A stretch of 64,000 nucleotides of DNA. Origin: the human T2T-CHM13v2.0 reference genome, Homo sapiens. The position numbers and the translations under genes were made by a program. Shown in pieces: positions 49,889 through 64,000 of this stretch. The notes below the pieces were generated by a model that saw only the letters and a list, made by a program, of their open reading frames with translations, ran no database searches and was not told where the DNA came from. The DNA is taken from the NCBI RefSeq assembly GCF_009914755.1, contig NC_060925.1. The stretch is one strand, 5' to 3'. Position 1 is the stretch's first letter, and each line of letters begins with the position of its first letter.

Positions 49889-50834
49889 ATCTAGTTGTCT
49901 TAGCAGGATTTTCACAAACTAGTTGCAAACTATTTTCTATACTCCTTACCACACACTAAGCCACTTAACCTGCACCAGACACACTTGGGATGTTTTTATT
50001 TCCTTATTTCTGTTTCCCCAAATCTTACTTGTTGCATCCTCACCTCAATAAAAATTAATTGTTCCCTGTATAACTTTACCATCAGAGTCCCCTCTCACCT
50101 TAAGCAAACCTAATTTATAAAATTCCAATTTTATGATAAAAGCATTGTTTTTAAAAATGTTTACAACCAAATTTCTTTAAATAATTGAATCCCCAGGCAT
50201 TTAAAAGTATTGTTCTATTACTATAATTCTATTAAAAGTATTATTCTAGCAATTTCGTTTTCGGGAACAACCTGTATTAGATAGGAAAAATTTATTTTAA
50301 TATATACTCTGTCCTGCAATGGTTTAGAGAACGAATAGACTTAAGCAGTGTTCATGATCCAGGGGTAATGATAAATAGGTTGGGAAAATTGATAAGTAGC
50401 TCAGGGGAAACCCTGAAGCTGTACAGCTTATTCTTCCTTGACTAGATTGCTGATCCAACTAAATCCCTAATTATGTCAAGGGTCACAAAGAGGGCAGAGA
50501 TGAGGTGAGAGGCTGTGGACCAAGGCAAGACTCAATTGATTGAATAAATTTTGGTATTACTACACTGTGGACTATTATGCAGTTATTGAAGAATGAGTTA
50601 GCTCTATATTATTGTCCTAGTGGGAATTCCTTGATTAAAGTAAGGGGGAAAAGTTGCTGAGTGATATTTATAGTATACTGAGGAAGAGTGAGATCACAGT
50701 CCGTGATAGGGAGAAGACTTGATATTTTTCTTTATATACATTTATATTGCTAAAATGGTTACTTTTATAATTTACAGTTTTTTAAAAGCTTAGTGTTAAA
50801 TGACAAGTATTACTAAAATTATTAAAAATATTTT

Positions 50835-52390
<1,556 letters not shown>

Positions 52391-52457
52391 AACTTTAATG
52401 GTTCCACTGGCTAAACTGCATGTCTGGCTCTGATTGGCTAATGCTCTGTGGTTTTAG

Positions 52458-52581
52458 GGGTGATGTGGAGAATCTCAACAGTCAGAATGAAGCTGAGCTC
52501 CGACGCCAGTTTGAGGAGCGACAGCAGGAGACGGAGCATGTTTATGAGCTCTTGGAGAATAAGATCCAGCTTCTGCAGGAG
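52458..52581 (+). CDS. PDE4DIP: PDE4DIP-like coiled-coil exon (GDVENLNSQNEAELRRQFEERQQETEHVYELLENKIQLLQE)
   Basis: Acceptor GTTTTAG|G at 52457/52458, donor GAG|GTGAGG at 52581/52582; 124 nt = 1 nt + 41 codons; matches myomegalin residues ~74-114. Confidence 0.93.
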
Positions 52582-52770
52582 GTGAGGAGTTCCCAAAGTC
52601 CATAGGTAGGGGTTCTCTTTTATTAACACTCCTCTTCCTACTGCTCTGCCTTCTGGCATTCACCTTTTCCGTCTCTACTTTCCCTCTGAAATTCATCAAT
52701 GTTCCTGGGTCTTAGGGCTCCTAATCTAGGTAGAAATTTTGCAGCCTCTCAGTTTTTGTTCTTTTTCCAG

Positions 52771-52950
52771 GAATCCAGGCTAGCAAAGAATGAAGCTGCG
52801 CGGATGGCAGCTCTGGTGGAAGCAGAGAAGGAGTGTAACCTGGAGCTCTCAGAGAAACTGAAGGGAGTCACCAAAAACTGGGAAGATGTACGAGGAGACC
52901 AGGTCAAGCCCGACCAATACACTGAGACCCTGGCCCAGAAGGACAAGTAG
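52771..52950 (+). CDS. PDE4DIP: PDE4DIP-like exon (ESRLAKNEAARMAALVEAEKECNLELSEKLKGVTKNWEDVRGDQVKPDQYTETLAQKDK*)
   Basis: Polypyrimidine acceptor TTCTTTTTCCAG|G at 52770/52771; donor AA|GTAGGT at 52946/52947; reading through the donor gives AAG TAG stop at 52948-52950, as in the short myomegalin isoforms. Confidence 0.93.
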   Translation, partial: ESRLAKNEAARMAALVEAEKECNLELSEKLKGVTKNWEDVRGDQVKPDQYTETLAQKDK

Positions 52951-53364
52951 GTGCCTTCGGTGCTCTTTTTGTCGCTTGTCTTTTGCCCATTCTCAAGGCA
53001 TACAGCAGCTGTCCTGTTCCCTTTCAAGGACTGACAGTAGGAGCTTCACTATTTCTAAGACTTTATGGTCCCACAACCGAAGACATTCTTTTCAGGGTTG
53101 AATTTTCAGTGGTATCCATTATGAAAACTCACTTCATGGATTCAGTGGGCAAATAGCGGCAAGCAAGAGACATGGATTCACTTATTCAGCAAACATTTAC
53201 TGGGCATGCCACATGCCAGATACCGGGCTAAGTATCTGGCATGTGTTACAGAAACAAAAGACCTAATTCTTGTCACCAAGAAACATGTTACATGATTTTA
53301 ATAAGTTCCCTGATAGAAGAGCATGGGGTGCTCTGGGGAAATATTGGAGGGTCATCCATTCCAC

Positions 53365-53370
53365 ATTAAA
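53365..53370 (+). terminator. Candidate polyadenylation signal (ATTAAA) for the short terminal-exon transcript
   Basis: ATTAAA ~415 nt after the TAG, followed by GT-rich sequence (GTTGTCTGCTGTGGTCTGAATGTTTGTGT). Confidence 0.45.
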
Positions 53371-53385
53371 AGAGCAAGTTGTCTG

Positions 53386-53788
53386 CTGTGGTCTGAATGT
53401 TTGTGTCCCATCCCCACCTCCCTCCCCCACCAGTTTATATGTTGAAATCTTAATCCTTAAGGTTAATACTTCTGCCTCCAGAAGTATTATGAGGTGGAGC
53501 CATTAGGAGGTGATTAAATCATAGACATTGGAGATGGAGCCCTCATAAATGGGATTAATACGCTTGTAAAAGAGACCCCAGAGAGCTAGTTAGCCCCTTC
53601 TACTATGTGAGGATATAGTGGGAATGCACCGTTATGAGCCAGAGTGTGAACCTTCACCAGACATTGAACCTGTCAGTGACTTGATCTAGGACTTCCCAGC
53701 CTCCAAAACTGTGAGAAATACATTTCCGTTGTTTATAAGCCTCCCAGTTTATGGTGTTTTTTTATAGCAGCCCAAAAAGACTAAGATA
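53386..53788 (+). mobile_element. MLT1A/MST-type MaLR solo LTR
   Basis: TGTGGTCTGAATGTTTGTGTCCC start; CTTCCCAGCCTCCAAAACTGTGAGAAATA; ATAGCAGCCC...GACTAAGA end. Confidence 0.8.
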
Positions 53789-53994
53789 ATGCCATTGAAG
53801 GTTTCCTAGAGGAAGCGAAATCTGAGCTGAGCTTTGAAGGATGAATAGGAGGTAGAATAAATAGGTAGAAAGTGGATAGGGAAAGGAAATATTCTATGCA
53901 GAAGGAGAAACTATGGAGGGAAGACACAGGGAAAGGAATATTTCAAGAACTTTAAATAATTGTACATAACTGGAGCAAGTGAGAAGACAAGTGA

Positions 53995-54443
<449 letters not shown>

Positions 54444-55197
54444 ACCGAGGAAACTTTCTAAATGTCCTCTCCACTTCCAGTCCTGCTCCTCTCATTCAAT
54501 CTCAACCTAATAATTCAGAGTAGTTCTGAAATAGATAATTCAACCACAACAAATTGGCAAATAATTTAGCCTCTTAGGTGCATAAGACTGTGGTGGTATA
54601 AAAAGCTTTAAGGAGCTTTTAACTGAATAGGCAAAAACCACATGTGCATACCATGACCAATGTGATCTTTCCAAGACATAAATTTAATCGCACCATGGCA
54701 GAGCCATTTAAGAACTTTGCAATACCTTTAGGAGATAAGATCCATACTCCTAATGTGGCCATCAAAGCCTTTTATGATGTAACCTCTGATTTCTCCCACA
54801 CTCATCACCCACCACCATTCCTTAACTTCATTCATGCCAGGCTAGTAATAATAATGATGGCTAAGCTTTGTTGAGCTCTTACCATACAGCTGAGTACTTT
54901 ATGTTCTTGTTTAACAGCCCCATGAGATATGAATTATTATACTTTATTAATGAAAAAATTGGCATCTGGAGACTTGTGAAACATGGTTTCAGGGATTGCT
55001 GACATCCAAACCCTGAAGCCATACTGCCTCCAGAAGCATAAGAAGCTATGGCAAGTCTCCAGAATTTTGCTCATGCTTTTCCTTCTGTGGGAAACATCTG
55101 CCAACTTTTTCCCTTCTAGTGAACCTCACTAAGGCATCAATCGTCATTTCTTTGAAGGCTTTGTGATAGCAGAATGAAGTTTCTGTATTGTTTCTTT

Positions 55198-55229
<32 letters not shown>

Positions 55230-55499
55230 TATTGTACAATTCTCAGTATGGCACTGTATTTGCTTTCAGATTTTCCCTACTAGGTTCCCCAAGACTGTCT
55301 CATATTTGAACCCCAATAAAAAAAACTGAACTAAAAACCAAAACAAAACAAAACCCCAAGTAAAGCACATGCACATCTGAAAATAAATTGAGGCCACTCA
55401 TCAGATGACCTTGAACAATTTTGGAGAGTAGGAGAACAGATCCTCTGTAGAGACTAAGGGTCAAAGAGATGAGCAAAGTTTGAGGCTTAAGAAAAGTAG

Positions 55500-56246
<747 letters not shown>

Positions 56247-56341
56247 TCATTTAGTACCCACCACATTTTCAAGGACCTGGAAGGTTCATGTTCCAATATA
56301 TACAAACAGAGAATATGCCTAGCACATAGATGATCAATAAG

Positions 56342-57188
56342 TTTATTTATTTTTTCTTTTTTTTCTTTTATTATTATACTTTAAGTTTTAGGGTACATGT
56401 GCACATTGTGCAGGTTAGTTACATATGTATACATGTGCCATGCTGGTGCGTTGCACCCACTAACTCATCATCTAGCATTAGGTATATCTCCCAATGCTAT
56501 CCCTCCCCCCTCTCCCCACCCCACAACCGTCCCCAGAGTGTGATGTTCCCCTTCCTGTGTCCATGTGATCTCATTGTTCAATTCCCACCTATGAGTGAGA
56601 ATATGTGGTGTTTGGTTTTTTGTTCTTGCGATAGTTTACTGAGAATGATTTCCAATTTCATCCACGTCCCTACAAAGGACATGAACTCATCATTTTTTAT
56701 GGCTGCATAGTATTCCACGGGGTATATGTGCCACATTTTCTTAATCCAGTCTATCATTGTTGGACATTTGGGTTGGTTCCAAGTCTTTGCTATTGTGAAT
56801 AGTGCCGCAATAAACATACGTGTGCATGTGTCTTTATAGCAGCATGATTTATAGTCCTTTGGGTATATACTTCGCAAAAGAAGACATTTATGCAGCCAAA
56901 AAACACATGAAAAAATGCTCATCATCACTGGCCATCAGAGAAATGCAAATCAAAACCACAATGAGATACCATCTCACACCGGTTAGAATGGCAATCATTA
57001 AAAAGTCAGGAAACAACAGGTTCTGGAGAGGATGTGGAGAAATAGGAACACTTTTACACTGTTGGTGGGACTGTAAACTAGTTCAACCATTGTGGAAGTC
57101 AGTGTGGCGATTCCTCAGGGATCTAGAACTAGAAATACCATTTGAGCCAGCCATCCCATTACTGGGTATATACCCAAAGGACTATAAA
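56342..57188 (-). mobile_element. 5'-truncated, inverted L1PA2-like insertion (minus 56342-56870, plus 56871-57188), no TSD seen
   Basis: 3' UTR diagnostics GCACAATGTGCAC, ATAGCATTGGGAG, GAG (not ACA) on the minus strand; ORF2 C-terminal segment ([28 protein letters not shown]...) on the plus strand. Confidence 0.9.
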
Positions 57189-60100
57189 GCAACTGCTTTC
57201 TAAGTGGGATGGCTGAAGCAAGAGACCTTAAATCACTTGACCGTCTTCACAAAACAGAACTGAAGCAGAACCAGAAGTCCCCTGATAGCCTTTCAGGGAC
57301 ACCACCTACAAATACACCGTAATCCCTCATACTCCACACGCCACTTCAGGGAAAGGGACATGAGGCAGGAATACAAATATATACCATCTGTGACACTTCC
57401 TAAGCTCCTGGCTTCAGAGTAGCCATCCTGATAATTATTATTTAAAGTCCACATTATAAATGTGCAAGTTAAGTGAGTTATGGAAATCATTCCAGATACT
57501 GGTTCACCAGTAACATCAGTTTAGCCCTAAATATTGTCATAAGTTCTCTGATAGGCGCATGTGATTTAAGCTGGTGCTCTGTCAAGACTAGACTTAGGCG
57601 TTTTATCCTTTTTATGACATTATGTATGTTGAAGAGAATATATGAATATATATAAAACCTTCATTATCACATTATTCTCAATCCAGCATTTTCCCAGCCC
57701 CTGATTTTCATGTTAGTTCAGCATTCTTACATCTTTACAGATTTTCATCTAAGACTACATTTCTACTGTTTTATATAATCAGCCCCCCTAAGATCAACAT
57801 GTCCACATTTTTTGGCAAAGACAAAGCCTACTGATTTCAGAATCATTATTTTCCTTTTTCAAAAGCACAAACCCAAACTGAGAAATAAATCAAGAGAAAT
57901 TCTCCTTTTTTCTATGCTAATTTAGAAGTGGAGTCTTTATTTCTTTTCAAACCCAAAGAGAATCAGACATACAATATGAATTTATCTACTTTCACTTGCT
58001 CAGACTGAGAGGAAAGATTAATATTTTCAGGCTGTTAGTCAAAACTGTTCATTCAAATATTATTTAATAAAATCCAAGAACCAGCTAAAAAGTCGCTTAA
58101 GCTAAGAAACCTTCACCAGCCTCATGGGAAATTGTGTACAGTTTTCCACTAGAATAGCCTATAAATGCTTACTGAAAATGTCTAAGTTCATATCTTGGTA
58201 ACTAACATTTTAATTCAATCTGCAGAATAATATATGCTTCTTTAGTGCTAAGATATGAATATTAGAGGCATTCTTTCTTAAAATTTCTATTTAGTTATAC
58301 TTTCACAAATAACTATATAATATTAAAATTCTGCATGTGGCATAAAACATATTTTAATGGAGAAGGTAATGTGTAGGGAGTTTATTTCTGTTTGCTATTA
58401 GAACTAGTGTTTATTCTTGGTTAAAAAAACTGCAGATTACAACATAGAAAAAAACAAAAGTATGTTGTATATCTCTTACAGTAGAAGATAAAGAGTAGTT
58501 CTAAATTTAGAAAGGAAAAATAAATATACACAGTGAAAATATGTGTCAGTGAGATGTTAATCAAAGATCAACTATTGCTGAGACCAGCAATATTAAATCC
58601 CTGCACAATTACTCATATTATAATGAGAATTTTAAAAAGAAAATATGAACACATAACATAATGAAGGCAGAAGTCACTCTCATCCTTCATCTTTGTATTC
58701 CCAATTCAGGAAGCTGGTATAGTATCTTCATTATAATTACTATTCAACAAACATTTGTAAAATGAATGAATAAGGAATGAATGATGAGAAAAATGATAAA
58801 CATCTCCCTCTGTCTCCTGGGAGTTAACTGCACTACTTTCTTTTAAATTTAATTAATCCTCCATGTCCTTGTAAAATAGCCAAAGGGAAAATGTATTTAC
58901 ATTACTCTAAATATTGATGCAATCTACAAAAAGTGTTAAACAACTTCCTCAAAGTAAATAAAATGTTCACAATCCAGCTAGGATAAAAGGATTTAAATCA
59001 TTTCCTAGGTAGAGGGCTTTCAATTAGAGCCCCTGCTGCATTAATCATGGGAACTCATCTCACTCTCTTCATGATGGAGCCCTGAGTGTTGCTGCTAATC
59101 TGTACTCTACCATTCTAATGCTTTTAAGGTTCCTTTTCAGCCCTTCCTCCTCGTAATCCACAAATACTGAGACCAAGGCATTTTTTGGGTCAGTCCTAAT
59201 TTCAAGCATTCTATCCTGCCCTCCCCAAATGAACTCACACTTATTAGACCATATGTTCCTATATTAGTTCAGGAAGGGGGAAAAAATGTTAATCACACTT
59301 GTATATAAGAGATCATAGAAAAACAGTTTACTAACCTGTGAAAATACCATTCATTCTCTGTTTACCTCTGGTCCACAGCTAAGCAATCAGTAGGATATAA
59401 ATGTACCCTATGTTCACTATTCAGTATTCATAAGTATACTACTTATGAATTGGAAATCTGACACAACATTTACATGACCTAATTTTGAAAATTTAAAATA
59501 GTGTAAAGCCCCTAGGCTTAATTTTACAGGGGAAAGATTAAAGGGACACAAGCAAACATATATTCTCTCTCTGTGCTGTGGGACACTAGTAATTTTTTGA
59601 CTTAAAATATTTGATACTTAAAATGCCAAACTTCTACATTTCTGCAGTAACAAGGCAGTTATCATATTGAATACCATTTCTTTCTCTCCAGTAAGTAGAG
59701 TTAATATTAGCACATGAACTGAAAATATTAAGTGATTATAAAAACGTCCAAATAAATTCATTAAAATTTAGCTTGGCAAAATGTTAGTTTCATGTTCTTG
59801 GTAGAAGTCCTTTTATATTTATATTCAAATGAAATGAACAATTTACAAGCAAAGGAAATGGCATCAAATATTTCACACCCTGCCTCCCAAGGTGTATTGA
59901 TTCATGCTTTTTGCTCAGATCTAGGTTTCTCCACTCAGGAAAAGAGGAGAATGTACCCATACTTGGGAAAACAAGTTTCCGATGGCACAGCTTTGATCAA
60001 ACAGCAAAATTCTATCCATCTATGTATTGCCATCTGACAGTATGACAAATGGTCCCATGTGCGATATTCACACTGCATTGCAGTCAAACCTGTAAGTCAA

Positions 60101-62994
60101 AGGATATGAAATAATAGTAACTATACATTAAGCACAGAAGAAAATGAAACAAACAAAAAGGTTTTAAACCAACCAAAAATATGTCTTATTTTGGATGTTC
60201 TATATGTTCTTACGTTCTCTCAGGTCTTTTGTGTCATTATGAACACAATTCTAACAAGCTTGATTATTTTATTTCCATTCACATATTACAGGCAAGCTGA
60301 AAAAGTAGAACGGGGTGTAGAGAGACAGGACAAAGTACAGATTAGGGCTTGAAGTGCCCCTGACCAGTCGACAGCAACCACATGGAATAATGACTCATGT
60401 GCATTAATGATCACACTAAATGATATTTGTTTTTTACCTAGTCTTTCAACTGACAGCTTAAAGAACTTCAGGTTGTTCTGATTCTTGAGCCTCCTCTACA
60501 GCTTCAGAGAGGACTTTCATTTTATTTTGGATCAAATGCTCCACAACTAGTTGAAACTGGAATTAAATTTTATATGAAGTTCCTAGATGATTTAAAGCTG
60601 TAAGAAGAAGAATAATGAATCATAAGAAAACTTGCTGCTACAGATATCAAAAAGGAATGTTACCATCCCTCATGCTAATCCTTTTCATTTTAAATAAACA
60701 GGATCTAAAAAAAATAATGCTGGGAAGTCCTAACCACATCAAGAATGCCTCAGATCAGTGACCCAAGGAACCTTCCAGAATGGATGAAATAGACCCAAAG
60801 CTGAATTCACCTAATTTTAGGGCCAAAAACCCAAAAAACAAAACAAGACCAAAAAAATCTTCAGATACTGGGAGAACAAATCTCAATTGCTCAATTGTAT
60901 CTTATGAAAACAATTTTTCAAAATAAAACAAGAGATATTTAAGATTCATTAAGTTCTTGTCATTTCAAATTTTAAGAAAAATATTTTCTAATGGAATTAC
61001 ATATATTTATATGATTCTTCTAGTTATATCCATGGTAATAAATACTCTTTTCAGTTGGAAATAAAACCCATTTGTGCTATATTATTAGGGAAAATATCTA
61101 CATAAATTAGTTTTTAATTTAACTAAAGTCTATCTTTTGAATTCATAAGCATAAAATTTTAACCACTTGCAAAATTTATAACACACTTAAGGTAGTCAGA
61201 TGCCTTGTCAAGTAGTTTAACAAAAGTGATTTTCACCTGTTTGTTTTAATAACAGTGCATCGATTTTATGAAAATCAGGCATGCCCTCGGGTCCTAACAA
61301 AGTATACGAAGCTGAATGGATCTATGCCAAATATGCCAGATTTTACTTTCTGAGTCTGATTTTATACTTCTGTCCTCTTTCTTACCACATGGCTTCCAGT
61401 ATCACTTACAGACTAACCCTTCAAAAGGAGAAGGCTAAGTTACTAACATTTGGAAGGCTTATGAAAGTGAAGCATAGTTATGAGCCAGCAATGTTTTTAT
61501 TTATGGAATGTGTGCAAACCACACACTTAAGCAAGCTCTGGGGAATGAGAGTTGGGGGGAATCAACTGTTTTATTTGCTAATTGGTATTTCCTTTAAAAG
61601 ATAGAGTTCTTCCAGATTTTAACTGTGTTAATAGTTACTCTAGAAAAATTGGAGATTTGTGTGCATATATTTTATGTTGTAAACAGACACATACCCAGAG
61701 ACACTGAGAGAGACAGACAGACAGTAAACAGAGGAGCACTAACCACAAACGGTTTACAAATGACCTCTGTGCTCATTCACCTGTCTGTTCCCCACCTTGC
61801 CTTTTATAGCAACTATAGCAACAGCCATGAGAGTCATTGTGGAAAGAAATAAAATAAAATTAAAAAATCCTGGAAGCTTGTAAAGAATGTGAGCAAAGGG
61901 GAGGAAGTTGTGAAAAAAATGAATAAAGGGCACCGATCCAGAGTATTGAAGAAGGCAGAGTGGAGAGCCTAGTAATGAGTATCTGGTACCCCAGTATCCT
62001 CTCCCACAGAATCTGTACAGCTCTCCGTTTATGACAGTTTAAACTTAATTTAAATTATCAAACAGACACTTTCCTCAAACATATAAATGATGAGGCAGTT
62101 CATTCAGGCTGTATGTATAAAGCTGTTCCAGCCACCTTTTTCTAACGGCTTCTCTGTATCTTTTACATGGAGACAATGAGAGATTTGCTTAGGACAATTT
62201 GACTGTAATTTAGAAGTAGGAAATGGGAAGTATTTGTATCTTCTTTGCCTAACTCACATTAGTTACTCAAGTAAGCATTTCTTCCGTTATTGCATTTTCC
62301 TGATTACAAGTTTTATGTTTTCTCTAAAACACATATCAAAAGAAATGTCCTAAGCACTATGCAGGGGGAAGCCATGACATTTATCTACCACTGTCAGCAA
62401 AAACATGAACTTAGCCCTCAACAGAATATTTCACTTCATTCTAGTGTCACCTCTGCATCACCTGCACTGGAGTCACCACTTGCCTGTTGGGTAAGACCAG
62501 GATGCACCACTGAAATAAAAAGGGGTCAGACAATACAAGAAAAGCCAGTAGAAATTGCCAAATGTATCAGAATACACACAGGCTTTCTAAGGATATGGCC
62601 CAAGAGGAAGGCTCTAGAGCCCACCCTGAAACAGGATTTTTGACTTCACAGATAAATTATTTAATTTTCAATAACACAATTCAATTAAAGAAAGGGAAGT
62701 ACAAGGCTAAACAAATAAGAAATGAAGACAAAAACCCAACCTTTCAAATCTAAAGAAAATAATCTGTTTTAAAGACACAGATGAAGATCAGGAACCCAAA
62801 ACAGAAGAAAGGAAAAGCAATTAACACTGGCATCTGATAACAACGAAAAGTATGGAGTCTGGAGAATCGCTAGACTCTAAAAATTATAAAGGTTTAGACT
62901 TGGGCTTTGTACACTGAAGAAAAGAAAACTGCATGCATTTATACTGACCAATGTACACTATTGCTGCTTTTTAACTTTTGTGTATATGTAGGGT

Positions 62995-63072
62995 AGATTT
63001 TTTTTTTAAGTGAAAGCAAGCTTATTAAGAAAGTAAAAGAATAAAAAGGTGGCTTCTCCATAGGCAGAAAAC
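62995..63072 (-). mobile_element. ERV1 LTR fragment
   Basis: AAAGCAAGCTTATTAAGAAAGTAAAAGAATAAAAAGGTGGCTTCTCCATAGGCAGA resembles MER4-group LTR ends. Confidence 0.5.
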
Positions 63073-63313
63073 TAGCGTAGTTTTTTTATTAGAAATTGTT
63101 ATTCAACAATAGTACATGTTACAAATAAATACCATTTTAAACTGAAAAAATTGTAGACTTTCAAATCAGTTAGAGTGGTCACCCTAAAAAAGGGCATTTT
63201 TTCCCCTTAGTCTCCTTGTTCATGTTGCTCACAACAAGAAATGGGCTAATGCTATGAATAATAATAACAAACACTGCCTTCTGTCAGGCCCTGTGCTGAA
63301 TACCGTCTGCATA

Positions 63314-63540
63314 TGTATAGGAAAGGGTTAACTCAGCAGGTCTTGTTTGCCCAGACTCTGTACATTTCCAAGAAAGGTCTGCCTTTAGGACTGGTCCTTG
63401 GCCAGCTCCTGGAGAATGAGCTCTCAGCTTTTAGAAAATTCTATCTGCTAAGAATAGTTTTGCATGTCTCAGGTCTTGGGCCACAAAATATCAGTTTAAT
63501 CAGATGGTTTATGTTAACAACTATGATTTATGGCAAACAT
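63314..63540 (+). mobile_element. MER21/MER68/MER77-like LTR fragment
   Basis: TGTATAGGAAAGGGTTAACTCAGCAGG...AGAAAGGTCTGCC...TGGTCCTTGGC start. Confidence 0.55.
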
Positions 63541-64000
63541 AGATCTCTAATCTCCATTTCTCTCTCATATATCTATATTTATCTATCCATATATATGTAC
63601 CTATATATATCAAATATAAAGATATGTTTATAGCAATTGTATATACGTAGAGAGATAATATGTAGTATGAAGAGAGACATAGATATTATTCTTCATTTTA
63701 GAATGTTATCTTGGTATGTTTAAAAGGAAAAACTTAAGATGTGTTGCAATTGCAGTATGAGTTTCAGGTATGTACATGTTATGTGTGTGTGTGAGAGACA
63801 CACACAAACACATTTCAAACATGTTTTATGTTTAAGCTCAATATTCAAACACAGAAATATAACATCTATTCTTAATATGTTTTATGTAAGTACAGCAGCA
63901 GCATTATTAAATACTGTATTTCTATGGTGATTGAAAATTAGTAGGCAGAGAATTTTTGTAATGGTTCTTAATAATTTTTGTAATAGTAAATGATTACTTT

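Noticed and set aside
57190-64000. Possible long antisense 3' UTR or NBPF/Olduvai exons
   Set aside because: No recognisable coding exon, stop-codon context or Olduvai (DUF1220) peptide in the window.

Overview
Primate (very probably human) genomic DNA, repeat-rich (Alu, L1, L2, MIR, LTR, DNA transposons). The only recognisable protein-coding sequence is a truncated + strand copy of the 5' part of PDE4DIP (myomegalin), most likely one of its segmental-duplication paralogs on chromosome 1 (the NBPF-associated PDE4DIPP type; placement is inference). Three exons are present: the CM1/gamma-TuNA exon (11160-11300) and two coiled-coil exons (52458-52581, 52771-52946/52950). The 77-nt exon that normally lies between them (NIELKVEVESLKRELQDKKQHLDKTW) could not be found, and an L1 is cut off 67 bp before the next acceptor, suggesting a deletion. 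Exon1-exon3 splicing would give a 48-aa CM1-only peptide (stop right after the junction) and, from an internal ATG in another frame, a 111-aa coiled-coil ORF. PDE4DIP similarity appears to end near a TSD-less, inverted L1PA2-like insertion at 56342-57188, after which the sequence is AT-rich and Alu-free. Other structure: a four-level nested insertion (L1PA in AluY in L1PB1 in MER4A LTR), local templated duplications, and clusters of inverted Alus. Nearly all other ORFs in the track are repeat-derived or chance. I see no proven new biological system; the split CM1/coiled-coil transcript is the best candidate. Reference protein and repeat-consensus comparisons are from memory, not from a search.
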